Source of the DNA: Octopus vulgaris
Taxonomy: Eukaryota
Assembly (NCBI GenBank): GCA_951406725.2
Contig: OX597824.1
Coordinates: 61,504,001 to 61,568,000, forward strand
DNA length: 64,000 nucleotides
Reading direction: 5' to 3'
The notes under the pieces were generated by a model. It worked only from the letters and a program-made list of their open reading frames with translations. It had not been told where the DNA came from and made no database searches. Positions 39,360-53,810 of this stretch are shown here, piece by piece; position 1 is the stretch's first letter, and each line of letters starts with the position of its first letter. The position numbers were made by a program, and so were the translations under genes.

Positions 39360-39568
39360 TAAGGTGGTAACCTGGCTGAATCGTTAGTACGTCGAGTAAA
39401 ATCCTTAGTGGTATTTCGTTCGTCTTTACTTTCTGAGATCTAATTCCGACGAGGCAGACTTTACCTTTCATCCATTCAGGTTCGATAAAATAAGTACAAT
39501 CTGTGCACTAGGGTTCGATGCAATCTACTTAGAAAACAGCTAGTCTTGTGCCAAAATTTGAAACCATT
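39360..39568 (+). mobile_element. tRNA-derived SINE copy (11163 family, diverged)
   Basis: GGTGGTAACCTGGCTGAATCGTTAG...TTTGAAACC. Confidence 0.75.
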
Positions 39569-40970
39569 TTTATATTATGTTTGACTCTTTGCGTCACACA
39601 CAATAATATACTGCCTATGCTTGTCTGACTATAACTTATCAATCAAATCTTTACTCCCATGACATTATTATTAATAACAGAGTACCAAGTCAAGATTGCA
39701 GTCAGACTGATTTTACCATACATGTTTTAGAGAAGGATATGATATGTATACACATTTGGCCAAATATGTGGCTTTGTAGCTGTTTTAATAACCAATATTG
39801 TATCAGAGTTTAGTTCTGAGTGAGCACATCTGTTAAAATCGTTAACATTACATCTTTTTAGGCATACATTATTTCACAGTACTCTTCTGAATACATCTTT
39901 CTGTTTTTATTAAGACACTAAGAATTATTTTGATATATTTGAGTGGTATATTTAGAATGTTGAATGATTAATTTAGGGGCATCATCATAGATTAAAATGA
40001 TCAATGTTTCATAGGAATAAATATTTTACGAATGTGACAGGCAGAATCACTACAGTGTCAAACAAAATGTTCCACTATATTTCAAAGTACACAACGTTCT
40101 GAATTCAAACTCGGATGACGGCATTTCAACTTAAAGGAGTCAATACAATTTCGTCCTTTACAGTTTAATACTTGCGATGATTTAAAAGACCTTCGTCTGC
40201 CCTCACAACTGTAATCTAGTATAAACGGAGCGTTTAGGCGTATAAAATATTAATCTAATCCTGGATAAAACGCTAGTCTTTCGTAGTGATCTTTCTCTCA
40301 CAGAATTAACACAGTTCTGCATTACAAACACAAATTATTTGCTATTTCTGTTGGTGATGACATATACCACCTCGAAGTTTTGTGAACTCTGCAAAATATA
40401 ATGACCCAATGACTTGCTTACGAACCAGCATTGGAAACTAAATGTGGTTGTTTGTCCTGTTAAATATAGCAGCCAAATATTCATTAAATCCCATGATATA
40501 CACTCAAGCTTGGTCAAATAAGAGAACTGACGACAAACTGGAATGTCATTGATTATATGTCAGATCGATCAAGCAGAGTAAAAAGATAAGGAATACAAAC
40601 AAAAAACCACCACTACTATCACCGCCACCATCATCATCACCAGTGATGGCTGATAGGACTAACTTTTCAGCTGCTAAGTGCGCAACCAATTCCGCGATCT
40701 GTAACGAAGTTAGCAGAGTCAAATATTTATTCGTGTATGACATGTGAGAAGGCCAAGCAAAATATATTTATCATATTCGTGTGAAAGCAGGCGTTTTATA
40801 ATTTGTATCATTGCAGCACATTAGGAATGTGTCTTCTGGTATTAGCTTTATGAGTGGAATTTGGTGCACGGATTCACGAATACACTGAGAAGTATAGTTA
40901 CATATGCACAAATATATAGAAATATAATACTGTACACTTCGGGTATATATATATATATATATATATATAT

Positions 40971-42185
40971 CGAAGTGTACAGTATAATATATCCATCACG
41001 GCTGATCTTACCAATCGGTTTCGCGCTAGGGGTACAACGGAATTTTGGTAACAATCTAATTATATAACTCTACGCTCATCAGACGTAGCCGATATGGAAT
41101 GAAATATGGCAACTGATCTCTATTGTTGGAGGTGACAGAACGCATCCAGCTTGCGGTTGCTGTGAAAAGATGATGAAAGGAACCGGGTAGGGGATTTACC
41201 AATACATCGCCACTGGTTGGTTATGCTGTAAGTTGATAAGAGCTACTATGAAGTGTTTGTGGGAATTGTAAGCGTCTTTCAGCTTGGTGTTCTTGTGAAA
41301 GTGGGATATGTGTAGTGATACTGTATAACTTTTGCAGGAGATGTAGGCATCCATTACTGTGTTCATTAGAGTGTTTTCTTTCTATATTGGTTAAGGTATG
41401 GGGGCTTTATGTGTGCATTGAGTGTGTGTAGGGGTACAATATGTGTGGGAGTTTATATGGGAGGTGGTGGGAAACGATCCTTTTGGTATGTGTCCGCCGT
41501 GTTGGGGCGTACATGTTTGTATGTGGGTGCGTTGATGAATGCTCTGGTCAAACTCTTTGCCGGATTCCAGAGTATTGGAGGAGAGCTGAGGCTGGAGGAC
41601 TGATGATCGTAGTCATGATGGGGCATGCTCGAATGATCTTCCTTTCATGTGGGCTAGGGTTAAATACTTCACCTCTGCTATTCAGATAAATACATGGATG
41701 CTGGGTGCTCTTTAAAATCGCTTTCTCATCTAGGAATAGGCTGCACTTCCTGCTGCTATTAAAGTACGGTTTACATTTCTCCAGGATATTCTTCTTTATG
41801 TTCTACTCAGTGTGTGTGGCTTTCTTTCAAAGATGAAACGTGCTTTGGTCAGGGTTGTGGCGTTGCGTCTCTGTGAGATGTCAAAGGAGGACTTGTGGTT
41901 GTTGAAACGGATTCTGAAGGGGCCTTGAGTTATTCCTACATACTTTCGCATATTCGGTTGCCCATTTGATCCTATAGCTGTTGCCCCTGCCTTATATACA
42001 ACGGTCTCCGTGTTACAGTGGCCATTCAGTGGACATGTGTTACCCCTACATGAGCATTCTGCTTTTGCCTCGGGCGTTGGTCTACATACTAAAATCTTTT
42101 TTACATTAGGTGCACAGGTATAGGAAATTCTTAGGGTATGCCTATTGAATATTTTGTCGAATCTATTTGTACGGGTGAAGCTAAG
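40971..42185 (-). mobile_element. Penelope-like element 3' part (GIY-YIG endonuclease, 3' UTR, hammerhead)
   Basis: KIFNRHTLRISYTC...CSCRGNTCPLNGHCNTETVVYKA...KYVGITQGPFRIRFNNHKSSF; ends in (TA)n. Confidence 0.88.
40999..41091 (-). ncRNA. type-I hammerhead ribozyme, intact core
   Basis: CGGCT.acgT-CTGATGA-GCGTAG...CTAGCGC-GAAA-CCGATTGG-TA-Agatc.AGCCG. Confidence 0.8.
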
Positions 42186-42299
42186 AAAAGTTTACTCGGG
42201 TTGTAATATTTCAGGAGAGAAATTTATTAATTTCAGAGAAGTACAAAGCTCTAATCACCTTCAAAATAGGATCCTCTAACTTAAATGCACTTGTAGCGC

Positions 42300-42720
42300 T
42301 CCAGCTTCTCCGTGACGGCACCATGGAAATCCACCAAAGCGCAGGTGTCCAGCACTCTTGCTAGTGTCGCCTTCATTTTCTTTAGCTTGGGGAGCAACTA
42401 AAATTAAAAGGAACACGTTTTGGACTCTAGGGATAGTAGAAAGGGTGAAGTACAGTTTGATGCCCATCTCTGTAAAGTAATTACTAGCGAAGATGGAAAT
42501 GTGGACAGGCGCATTATCCCGGTGAAGATGCCTTTGGCGACGAAATCTCTTCTAGAATTTCCTCAAAACCTTCACAATACACTTCTTGTTGACCGTCTGA
42601 CCAGAAGGAAAGCAGTAGGCCTAGATGATGCTCTTTCTATCTAAAGATGATATCATCATGAGCTCCTGGCAAATTTCCTTTGTCTGGCCCCTTGTAACAG
42701 CGAAAGTAGTTAATGAACAG
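42300..42720 (-). pseudogene. mariner transposase C-terminal remnant
   Basis: PSGQTVNK...VLRKF...HLHRDNAPVHIS...EMGIK. Confidence 0.75.
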
Positions 42721-44238
42721 TCTGCAGCATTTCTTAATTATTTACTCCTCATCTCTTACTAGGTCGATAAAATAAGTACAATTCAAGATGCTGGTGTCTA
42801 TAGATTCGATTAAATATTTGACGTAGGTGTCCCCATAATGGCTGTAATCTAAGGTTTCATAAAACTAGCAAAAAAGAAAACAAAAACAAAAAAAAAACAA
42901 GTAAAAACAAACAAAAAAATAAAATGCTCTGTGAGATTCTTAAGGTATGTTATTTAGGGAGTGGGAAATATATATGATTACTGGATAGGATACTTTTATG
43001 ATCTTTTATGATCTAGGCGAGCTGTTACGTATTAATGAGTACTAAGAAAGTTATAGCATGTAAAATTAACTGTACTGATTTAATAGACTATAACGAAAAC
43101 CATTTCTTGTCTCTCAAGTTCTGAGCTGGAATTTCGTCATCTGGTCTTCTGAAGTCGGTCGGTTTTTATCTATGTTAAAGTAAGGGATATGGTCTAAACT
43201 GGTAGTATAGCAGAAAACAGTAGGTTGAATTATTCTATCAGATAAAACAACGTAAAACTGATTGAAAATTATTTTTGCAGTGTGATCAGAATGAAAAGAA
43301 CGAATCAAAACTGAAGAAGTAATTCACCTTCATCAGGTTTATCTTTTGTAATCAATGTGATCATTGTTCTATTTCGGGAGCTGAATGTTTCTTTATTAAA
43401 CAAGTTATCATAACTCGAAATAGACGGCGTAGACTTAGATGCTCACCTCGTTCATTATTAGATCTGTCTGTAGCTCATGTTTTCGCCATTTGCCCTTTAT
43501 GTCAGTTTTGGTTTGTTCTTGTGCTACGTGGTTGTAAAAGAAAGACTATGTTTCATTTAAGCAGCCAATGATTTTGACATTTCTTCAACTTACGCAAGAT
43601 TCTGTAGCTGATGGAAATCCTAATGTATTCTATTCTAATTTTTATTTTATACTCTACGTATTTGATACGATTTTCTAATGAATGCATTAGAATTCTAATG
43701 CTGTATTTTAGCCGCTGATCTTTTGTCACTTTGGTCTTCTTTGTTAATAAACATTACTATGACAACTTCTCAGCTTGGTATTCCCCTCACACTGCTGTAT
43801 AATTCCTAGTACAAGTATTGTTGTCTAGAACTTCTGATGGATGAGCGGCTATAATATTAAACAACGAAAGTGGCAGTTATTCGCTAACCGCTATCATCAC
43901 AGTGTTGCTTCTCTGACTAATACACTACTCTTTAGTGTATAACAGTTCAAGATCAAGTTATTTGTCTTTAATTAACGAAGACAGCATTATATTTGGGAAC
44001 CTTAATGCTGGAACAACAACTAATACTATATTTTAAATATGTGAAACCAAATTGCTGAATGATAAAGGTGGTATTTAGTATTTATATTGGCTATGAGTCA
44101 AGAACTGCTACATGTGCTTCAACCAGAAGCACATACACTGAGAGGCCCACATACAATGACAGGCTCACACATAAAGCACACAATCACTTTCATGTTACTA
44201 AATCAGCTAGGTTTCAGAAACATGACGTGTTTATTTAC

Positions 44239-44316
<78 letters not shown>

Positions 44317-44330
44317 GTCTGTCTGTCAGT

Positions 44331-44371
<41 letters not shown>

Positions 44372-44411
44372 GTCTGTCTGTCTATATATCGATCTGTCTG
44401 TCTGTCTGTCA

Positions 44412-44490
<79 letters not shown>
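44239..44490. repeat. (TCTA)n/(TCTG)n compound microsatellite
   Basis: Direct reading. Confidence 0.95.
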
Positions 44491-45140
44491 AGTGTGTGTG
44501 TATATGGATGGATAAGTGTATATGCGTACATACATACGCAGTGCGATAGTTAGATAGACAGATAGATGGAGAGAGAGAGAGATGAAGAGAGAGAGAGGGA
44601 GATAGATAAATACATACACAGAGAGAAAGACAGAGAGAGAGAGAGGGGTGGGGCGAAGAAAGTGGAACAATCTTTTGCAAACAGTAAATAGCTGAACGGT
44701 TTTAGCTTTAATGTCCGGTGGATCAATCATTTTATATTTTACTTTTGCAACTTAAACAGTACAACATGTATTCATGCCGTCATTCTGTCATTATATATGA
44801 ATATATTTTTGTTACGTTATCATAGGATATTCACAGTAGATGGAATTGCTTTGTTCCATTCATCGCGTGTATGCTGTTCTTGATAACTGATCTGTTGATG
44901 TGTAAAGAGTTAACGTGTTGCTTTTTTATATGATATGCATATCTGGCTAAAGCTATGCTCATCCTCCTCTCCCATTTCCCCAAAGAATATTCATAACTGA
45001 GGAAGCAGCTTCTAAAGCTGCAGATAATCATATGAATATAAGATTAGTTTGTTTCTGCGCTAATCAATAATACTTTCTCTTCACTTTTAGCATAATTCCT
45101 TTCATTAACTACTTTATATACATCCGCAAACGTACATATA

Positions 45141-46075
45141 TATTGTGGTGGCCAAAATGACCGTTCGGTTTTTGTCCATACTAAATTATACAACCCTAAT
45201 ACGTAGCTATCTTCGGCCTGCTCCTTACGCATGCGCACTCGTTAAATATTTGACACGTCAACGGGTTTCGACGCGAACTTGTAACGAAACTTGTGTTTTG
45301 TGTGTTTGGGATCACCTGGAAAATTGAGAATTGAAACAAATATTATCGACATCTAATGTCTTTTTGTTATAAGGATCCGGCAGGATCTCTTTGAGAGGGT
45401 TGCTTCTGACAGAACCCGATGGAAAAGTATGCTTGAGGACTCTGAGAAGAAAGCTGCAGGAAGATTCGCGCTGTGTACGGGTGCATATGTGCTAGAAATT
45501 GCTTTCAAAATTTCGGTCGGGAAATGTTTCAGCTCAAGGTGCACCTCGCTCCGGCCGCAAAATCGAGAACAGTACAAGTTATACTACGAAGATGATCACA
45601 GATATTCCACAAATATCCAAAATCGAGTGCTGAAAATTATCAGCAACAAATTGTTTACTTCATGATGCTCGATGTTTGAGTCCCACTTCCAATGAATAAG
45701 GCTGACTTTGCCCAACGGATTTCCATCAGTGATTCATTGCAGAAACGTAATGAAAACGATAATGTTTTGAAGAAAATGATGACTGGGGACGGAAAATGGA
45801 ACGTCTATAACCATATGAAGCGCAAACAATCACATCACGGGTGAAGCACGGCTTACCATAATAAACAACTTCCGAAGTTTCTGCTTTCAATTTAGTGGGT
45901 TTGGAAGAGCGCTGTAATTTACGGGCTTCCTTTCACTGACAGAACCATGAATTCGGATGTATAATGTCGACAAATTAAACATAGGGAAATAAAACCAGTG
46001 GAATAATGGACATAAATTAACTGTATCATGACGATACACATGTGGTATCAAAATGCTAACATTATGACAGCTGCT
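45141..46075 (+). mobile_element. heavily decayed mariner
   Basis: TIR-like TATTGTGGTGGCCAAAATGACCGTTCGGTTTT; LKKMMTGDGKWNVYNHMKRKQS first-Asp motif. Confidence 0.75.
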
Positions 46076-46164
46076 CAATGCTCTGTGAAGACTATAAAAG
46101 CAGCAACCGAGTCTACAACGCTATGATCAGCAGGAAGGAACACAGCAATCACTCTGATTGAGTT

Positions 46165-46590
46165 CGCATGCCGGAGTACTTCTTCACGTCTTAAAACAAA
46201 GCTTTAGACTCAATTGAGACGGCTATGCGAAGCTGTTGGAGAATATGGTTAATCTCTGGCTGGAGAGGTTTGCTGCTGAAAGGCCATATCTGTTGCAGTA
46301 GAATTCGGTTCCTTTCCATACCTCCGAAAAGAATGAGAAGTGGTTGTCGAACGATTTCTAAGACTTCGTCAGTCCCAATTTCACGCCTCCTAGTACCCTT
46401 GATTGTAACCTCAGATTACTATATGTGGGACGCAATTGAGAAAAACTCCTATCGTATTGCCTGTAACACCACCAAATGCCAAGTTGCTTGCCAAAATCAA
46501 AGTGTTCGAATCTCTTCCCAATAAGAAACACATACGCCAGGTTCCGCAGCCGTCTTAAGGCTGTGAAGAAAGTTGAGGACAGCTACTTTG
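46165..46590 (+). pseudogene. maT/DD37D-like transposase remnant, paralogue of 9540-10010
   Basis: LRLN*DGYAKLLENMVNLWLERFAAERPY..DCN..DYYMWDAIEK. Confidence 0.7.
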
Positions 46591-46799
46591 TGTAAAATTT
46601 TATCTCCTTGCCATAGTATAGTTGGTATTTTCCGACTTTTAAAAAATACTTCTATTTTTATGAGATGCGATTTATTTTCCTTTTGTGCAATCAGCCAAAT
46701 TCACTCCGGATACCGAGTGTTTGTAAGTTATATGTATGTACAACATATACAGGGACCACTACCTAGGTATGTATGCATATTTGGGAAAATATAAACAAC

Positions 46800-47830
46800 T
46801 TTTCTTCTAGACATATATTAAAACACTACAACGCCGTATCTATTTATTAGGGGTTTTTCATGTTTCTTTATTAGTCTCTCGTTTACCACATCCTGTAAAT
46901 CCATTAATATTTTAGAAAATTATCTGCCTCATAATCTGAAGAAAATGATAGTGGTGTATTGCTCGAGTACTTTGTAGTAGGTTGCAAAGGATCATAGAGT
47001 ACGTGTTATAAATGATAACGTTGTCAACTTCAGATTTAAGAATTATTCACCGATTATCTCGTCCTTTATGGTATATTTTGTATACCCTTTTCTTCACTTT
47101 GGATTTGTATATTGCTGCCTTCCTGCGCTCTACTATGAAGTGCAACAATGACTCTTAGTAAAGGTAGTCCAATTAGAGTTTTGGTGACTTATATTTTGTA
47201 CCTATAGGAACAGGCACTATTGGCGTCTATTTGCATTTTGTGTGTATATTAAGGAATTATATGCAGTATTCCTTTTATTCCCTATCCCCACCTTAATATC
47301 TTAGAATGTGGTAGAGTTATGGTGTTAATTAAAGCATTGCAAAATTTAGGATTGAAATGTTTAGCGATGTTCTTGAATCCTATCTGCCCGCTCTTCAGTA
47401 TCATTTTCTTAACTACATTAGTCACATAAAATTTAGCAGTTCAGGTTTCTTCTTAAAATATTATAGCCTTTGATAAATATGTTTTTGAAATATAGAAGGA
47501 ATTTCAGATGGGAAGGCCAGCAGAAACAGTTAAAGAATTTATCTGGGATAATCAGGGTTTTTAATATACATGCCTTAAACCTTATGTACATCGTTACATT
47601 TAGTAGGACGTAGATGGAAACACTTTTTCCATTCAAGGTGGAATGTTGTTAATTTCATCAATTTAGTACAATATCTCTGTGAAGTCATTCGATAAATCTG
47701 TGCTGTATCCTTCTTGTATGTATTTCTTCATGAGTAGGTGTATTGCTTTGGCAGTTGATAGTTGATGGCGGGACTTTATTGCTTATATATCTTTACAGTG
47801 ATATACATAAATGCAGATTTAATCTATTGT
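46800..47830 (-). mobile_element. possible very old PLE remnant
   Basis: Only weak RT-like fragments and a decayed hammerhead-like end near 46820-46880. Confidence 0.3.
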
Positions 47831-48157
47831 TCTGCAGATTACAAAAAGGATAGATTTTATTACGGTAATTTACAGCAGTAAATACTTTATAGAGTTTGAA
47901 TTTTAAGTGTACTGTGTACTTTCACCAAATTTGGAACAAATGACATTACCAAGTAGTATGTTGTACATTGTGCTTGTTCATAATAATACACAACTACTGC
48001 TAGAACTTGAAATATTAAAAGCAAATAATTTCCAAGGTAACATTTTTATATCTTACCGTAATTGTCATTTTGATTTCTCGATCTCTCCCCTTAACTCTCC
48101 TCTCTCTCCCCCTCTTTCTCTCCACCTCTCTCTCTCTTGCTATATATATATATACAT

Positions 48158-48255
<98 letters not shown>

Positions 48256-48271
48256 ATGTATGTATATATGT

Positions 48272-48980
48272 ATAAAAGTTACTATATGAAAGCATTATTT
48301 CTGTTAAAAACAATAATAATGAGGCGGTTAGCAAGACTTCTACATTAAGAGGTATAATATTCAATATTTGAATAAAAGAAGGGTAAAAATACCGCTTGCC
48401 AAAGATGAAAGCGAAAGCTTCAAAAACACCAATCCTACGATAAATACACACACGAGCAATGCAATGAACACTTTAAAAAATAAGCCTATCTTTAGGATGG
48501 AATTTACACATATCAATATTAATTGATTTCATGCTGTGCTTGGCAAGCGGTATTTTTACCCTTCTTTTATTCAAAACTTTAATATTATACCTATAAAGGT
48601 AGAAGTCTTGCTAACCGCCTCATTATTACTGTTTTTAACAGCAATAATGCTTTCATATAGTAACTTTTTTATTGTTTACGATAGTTTTCCCTGTAAACGG
48701 AGTGGGACGTTTAAAGTTCGAAACGGACACGAGTTGAATATTTTGGAAATAGATGTTACTATCCCCAGCTGAAGATTGCAAAGCATGTTTTCTCATGCAC
48801 AGCTTGAAACCAATTGATATTGGGGTATGTAAACTATCTTCAAATTCCATCCTGAAGGTAGGCCTACTATTTAAAGTGTTCGTTGCATTGCTCGTGTGTG
48901 TATTTATCGTAGGATTGGTGGTTTTTGAAGCTTTTGCTTTCATCTTTGGCAAGCAGTATTTTTACCCTTCTTTTATTCTT
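48272..48980 (+). mobile_element. candidate non-LTR retrozyme: 406-bp unit (about 1.1 copies) with inverted 5' arm
   Basis: TTGGCAAGC(G/A)GTATTTTTACCCTTCTTTTATTC at 48540 and 48946; 48272-48539 is the reverse complement of 48797-48978 continuing into 48540-48668; contains a hammerhead; microsatellites on both sides. Confidence 0.78.
48763..48825 (+). ncRNA. type-I hammerhead motif
   Basis: CCCCAG-CTGAAGA-TTGC aaa GCATG ttttct CATGC aca GCTT-GAAA-CCAATTGA-TA-TTGGGG; the partial inverted copy implies consensus stem III ATCAATTGAT and stem II TGC/GCA. Confidence 0.78.
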
Positions 48981-49023
48981 ATATACATACATACATACAT
49001 ACACACATACATACATACATACA

Positions 49024-49056
<33 letters not shown>

Positions 49057-49079
49057 CATAGCTGTATCCTCTTTACACG

Positions 49080-50285
49080 AGAAAAGCCATTACCAATAAG
49101 AAACTGGAATGATTCATTATTAATGCCAGGTGATGCTTTTGTATGATTCTAAATCCAGCCAAAGTTTTACACATTTTATTACATACTGAACGGCTGTGCT
49201 TGATGGCAGGAGAAATAGGTGCTGCCGTAAGCATTATCTTAACATGTCTTTTCAGACCTTCATCTGCGAGGCACGCGCTTCCATATTTTCCACACGTTAT
49301 GTTGTGAATTGTAATAGCCACATCACTGTTTATCGTTGGTCGATTCCTGTGATATTTTTGATGGCTGACCACGGCTTCACGACTCAGACACCTTCTTTCA
49401 CAAACCACGCACACAAGATAAACAGTCCGTCGTTCTCCACAAGTCCCCTCCTTCCAAGACACCTTCTAATTCTCTCAAACCACAAGCAACCATCATGCAC
49501 TGTCTTCCTCCATCAATCCCGATCTTGTGCCTCCCTCTCCCAATTACCAGCTGTAATTCCTAGACAGTATTCTCAGACAGTATTGATGGTATCCTTCCAG
49601 TTGCCTTACATATCTACGGTAAATAACTTACACCCCACTCCCATATAGCAAAGATAGCAGGACGCACGTGTTCTACACCTTAACTTTAATTTGTGAAGAT
49701 GTATTATGTCGTGTCCACAGACACCTATCAAGCCTACCAAAAGCACTACTAGCACTACTGATTCTATATGAAATTTCGTCATCAAGACCAGCAGTTTGGA
49801 ACCACTGCTAAGGAGAGGTCATCATCAGTGGATCTATTGAGCAACTCATCAAAATACTATTTTCATCTTCCAACAGTAGCTTTAGGATTTGTTAATAATT
49901 CTGTGCCATCTTTGCTCCGAAGTGTCGCAGCCTTTGATGAAACTGGACCATAAACCTTTTTCAAGAGAGAGTAAACATGCTTGGAATTGTTAGCATTTGA
50001 AGCTTCTTAGATTTCATCGTATTTATCACTCCACCAATTTTCCTGCATCGTCCTCAGCTTCATCTGCACTTGCTTTTACAGCCTTGAAATGTGTAGCTAC
50101 TATCCTGTTCGCTGACATGTCAACATTTTGCAACATGTTAAATGCATTTTGCATCCCCTCTAAATAAAACTAATTTCTTCATCATTATCATCAAACCCAT
50201 CTTAGAGCTTTTTAACAGCAAAGCCAAGATGTTACTAAAAGCCTCATATACTCTTTCTTTGAATGACTTCACACTTCCATCACAG
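49080..50285 (-). mobile_element. RTE-clade LINE remnant with RT core deleted
   Basis: WWSDKYDEI..SLLKKVYGP..LRSKDGTELLT..YFDELLN joined near 49750 to post-RT sequence and C-terminal C2H2-like fingers (GLKRHVK, CNKMCKTLAG). Confidence 0.75.
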
Positions 50286-51372
50286 AACAAATGATACGTT
50301 GTATATATTTATACGTGGTGTAAATGCATTTTGTGAATATCGAAATCAGAAGAGTGAGTCAGCACTCATTGGGAGCTGAAACTTATGGCAACGTTTATAT
50401 CGGTCTATATTGTGTTATTATGTTTTTTGTAATGTTATCAACAAATGCATTTGTGAATTTAATTTATTTGCTTGATTAAATTGTCCCCTGATATTTAGCA
50501 CTATTTCTATCTCAAGTACTTGTAATTAATTAATCGAGACTATACTACTTGAGTGAAATTTATAGCTATAAAAGTAATTAACATTCGGGGCATAATTAGT
50601 ACAAATTAAACAAGAAAGGACATTTAGAGATAATGTTTGACAATTCACATTTTAAACACTAAAACTGTTCTCTAGTTTGTCCCCTGCTGTATTATATTTG
50701 CATAAACGTAAAATCATTAAATTGAAACTATTGTAATTGTTTTAATTAACATTGAAAAATAATCGCATTATTTTACGCTTATAATGATATATTTTCATAA
50801 TTGTTTATTTTTGTAATATCTGTTATTGTTAGAGTACTTTGTATTGAATTTGTATTTATATCTACATCCGCTTACTTTCATATGCAACTAGATGTAGCAA
50901 TAGAAACTGCAGACGACAATCGGAGAATACAACAATAGATGTTCAGTGTCGTAATACAGTCTGCACATTTAGCTGGATGATGCGTTACTTTCATATACCT
51001 TATTTTTGATTTATTCACGCTTATCGGTTTTAGATCTGGTGTTTTCTTCTCATCCTTTCTAATTTTTAGATATTTTAAAATTTTATCTCTCCTTTGAAGC
51101 ATTTATCCTATATTTATCACTTTCAATTCTTTTATCTGTAATTGTTTCACTTAATCCCATTTTCGTTACTTGCATTCCCTTCACACACTCTCTCTCACAT
51201 ACACATCATATATAAGTGTATGTATATACAGATAAACATGTGCACATATCTATGTATGTACACTGTATGTATGTGTGTGTATAACGTGGTGCAAATAGAT
51301 ATGTGCCTTTGTATTATGCATAATACAATACAATTATGTATATATGTACGTATATATGCTTGTATATATGGT

Positions 51373-51463
<91 letters not shown>

Positions 51464-52230
51464 GGAAAGAGAGAGGTAGATAGAGAGAAAGGTAGAAATA
51501 TAGATAGATAAATAGATAGACAGATAGATTCACAAACATAATAATAACGATAGTAAAACAACTGAAATTTAGAACGCTTTCTACTCCAACTTTTCCAAAA
51601 TATTTCGTTTTCTTAGAAAAGAAACCAGTTTTATAGTGTTTTAAACATCCGGTTAAGGCAAGGTTTATGAAAATTTACATCTAATCTTCAAATATATATG
51701 GTTTTTGAATAAGAGATAGATGGAGAAAAATCATTGTAGGAGAACCCAGGGAAAGAATGTGAATGAATGTATACGAAGCATAGAGATGAAGTGGTGAATG
51801 GAGAAACTTATAAAAGGAGAAAAGAAATATAACAAAATAAAGCAAAAACAGAGAGGGAGGATGAAGAGAAAAATAGAAGAAAACAAAGGAGGAAAATTCA
51901 ACGAAGAATATAATAGAAAATGAAATATAATAGAGATTGAACGTATTAAGAGAAAGGAAATTTAATACACGCACCGTGTGTAGTGCATGAGCATGCGTGT
52001 TCATTTCCTCTTACTTTACCACTTTTCGCTTGTGTTCAGCGTACGTCCCTTACGGATCTTTCAGTGTACAATGGCGGAAACATAATAAAATCACATGCTG
52101 TATGTCCTTTGTGTTTAGTATAACGCATTTATAATGTGGCTGATTGTTTCTGCATTCAATACACAAAATATCAATATAATGGTGATCTCAAGGTACACTC
52201 GATATATCTCGCACAATTAGATCTTATGGA

Positions 52231-52342
52231 TTCTTCTTCTTCTTCTTCTTCTTCTTCTTCTTCTTCTTCTTCTTCTTCTTCTTCTTCTTCTTCTTCTTCT
52301 TCTTCTTCTTCTTCTTCTTCTTCTTCTTCTTCTTCTTCTTCT

Positions 52343-52410
<68 letters not shown>
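52231..52410. repeat. (TTC)n-(TTA)n compound microsatellite
   Basis: Direct reading. Confidence 0.97.
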
Positions 52411-52411
<1 letters not shown>

Positions 52412-52579
52412 GGGCGGTGATCTTGCAGAATCGTTAGTACGCTGTCTTTCGACTTTGCCGTTCATCCTTCGGGGTCGATAAAATAAGTACCAGTTGAACG
52501 ATGTATTCGACTCATCCCTTCCCTCCAAATTGCTATCGTTGTGGAAATATTTGAAACCATTATTGTTATTATTATTATT

Positions 52580-52611
<32 letters not shown>

Positions 52612-52860
52612 CGTCGTTGCTGTTGTTGTTGTCGTTGTTGTTATTATTTTTGTTATTATTATTGTGAGATATCGGACTAAATGCTTTGCAGTATTTCTCT
52701 CACTTCTTTAGGTCCTGGATCAAAATTGCGTCAAAATTCGCTTTCACATATACCCTATCGAGGCCAATAAAATATGTACCAGTTGGACAATGGAGTCAAT
52801 GTGTTCGATTTGCCCATTCATCTTAAAATGTTTGGCACGGTCAAAAAAATTTGAAACCAT
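52411..52860 (+). mobile_element. two diverged SINE copies (11163 family) separated by (ATT/GTT)n
   Basis: GGCGGTGATCTTGCAGAATCGTTAG...GATAAAATAAGTACCAG...TTTGAAACC, seen twice. Confidence 0.7.
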
Positions 52861-52869
52861 TGCAATCAT

Positions 52870-53437
52870 TATTATTTTTCATATACACTCAACAGATTAG
52901 ATTGCTAGAAAAGAAAAGAATCCTTAGATACCAAGAACCCTCCTATTGAGTTAAAGCAAGTAACCTTACATGTCAAGAGTCCACCTAAGTATCCTAGCTG
53001 TCCCTTTTTCTGGAGCTGTACTAAACTGGGTTTTATTTCCTCTATCCATCTGTTCAGATCTTTAGGGATAGTTCCCAATGGACCTATAACTGCTGGGATA
53101 CATTTTCCCCGCACTTTCCATAGTCTCTGTAATTCAATAGCTAGGTCCAGGTACTTTGCTAGTTTTTATATACTTCTCATATTAATTTTTTCATCATTTG
53201 GGACTGTAAATTCTATTATCTGGCACTTTCTATTCTCTTTATCTACTACTACCAAATCAGGCCTTCTAGCTACTATTATTCTGTCAGTCTGAATGTTGAA
53301 GTCGCACAACGTCTTGTATTTCTTATTTTCTAGTACTTTACTAGGTTCATGTTCATACCATTTATCAGTATGTTCAAATCATATCTTTCTACATTGCTAC
53401 CAGTGGATAACTTTCCCTAGATCGTCATGTCTTCTTA
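52870..53437 (-). mobile_element. R4/Dong-clade LINE 3' fragment
   Basis: IRRHDDLGKVIHW..CDFNIQTDRIIVARRPDLVV..KLAKYLDL..IGPLGTIPK; 5' side abuts (AAT)n at 53455-53595. Confidence 0.88.
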
Positions 53438-53451
53438 TGTTGTTGCTGTTG

Positions 53452-53810
<359 letters not shown>

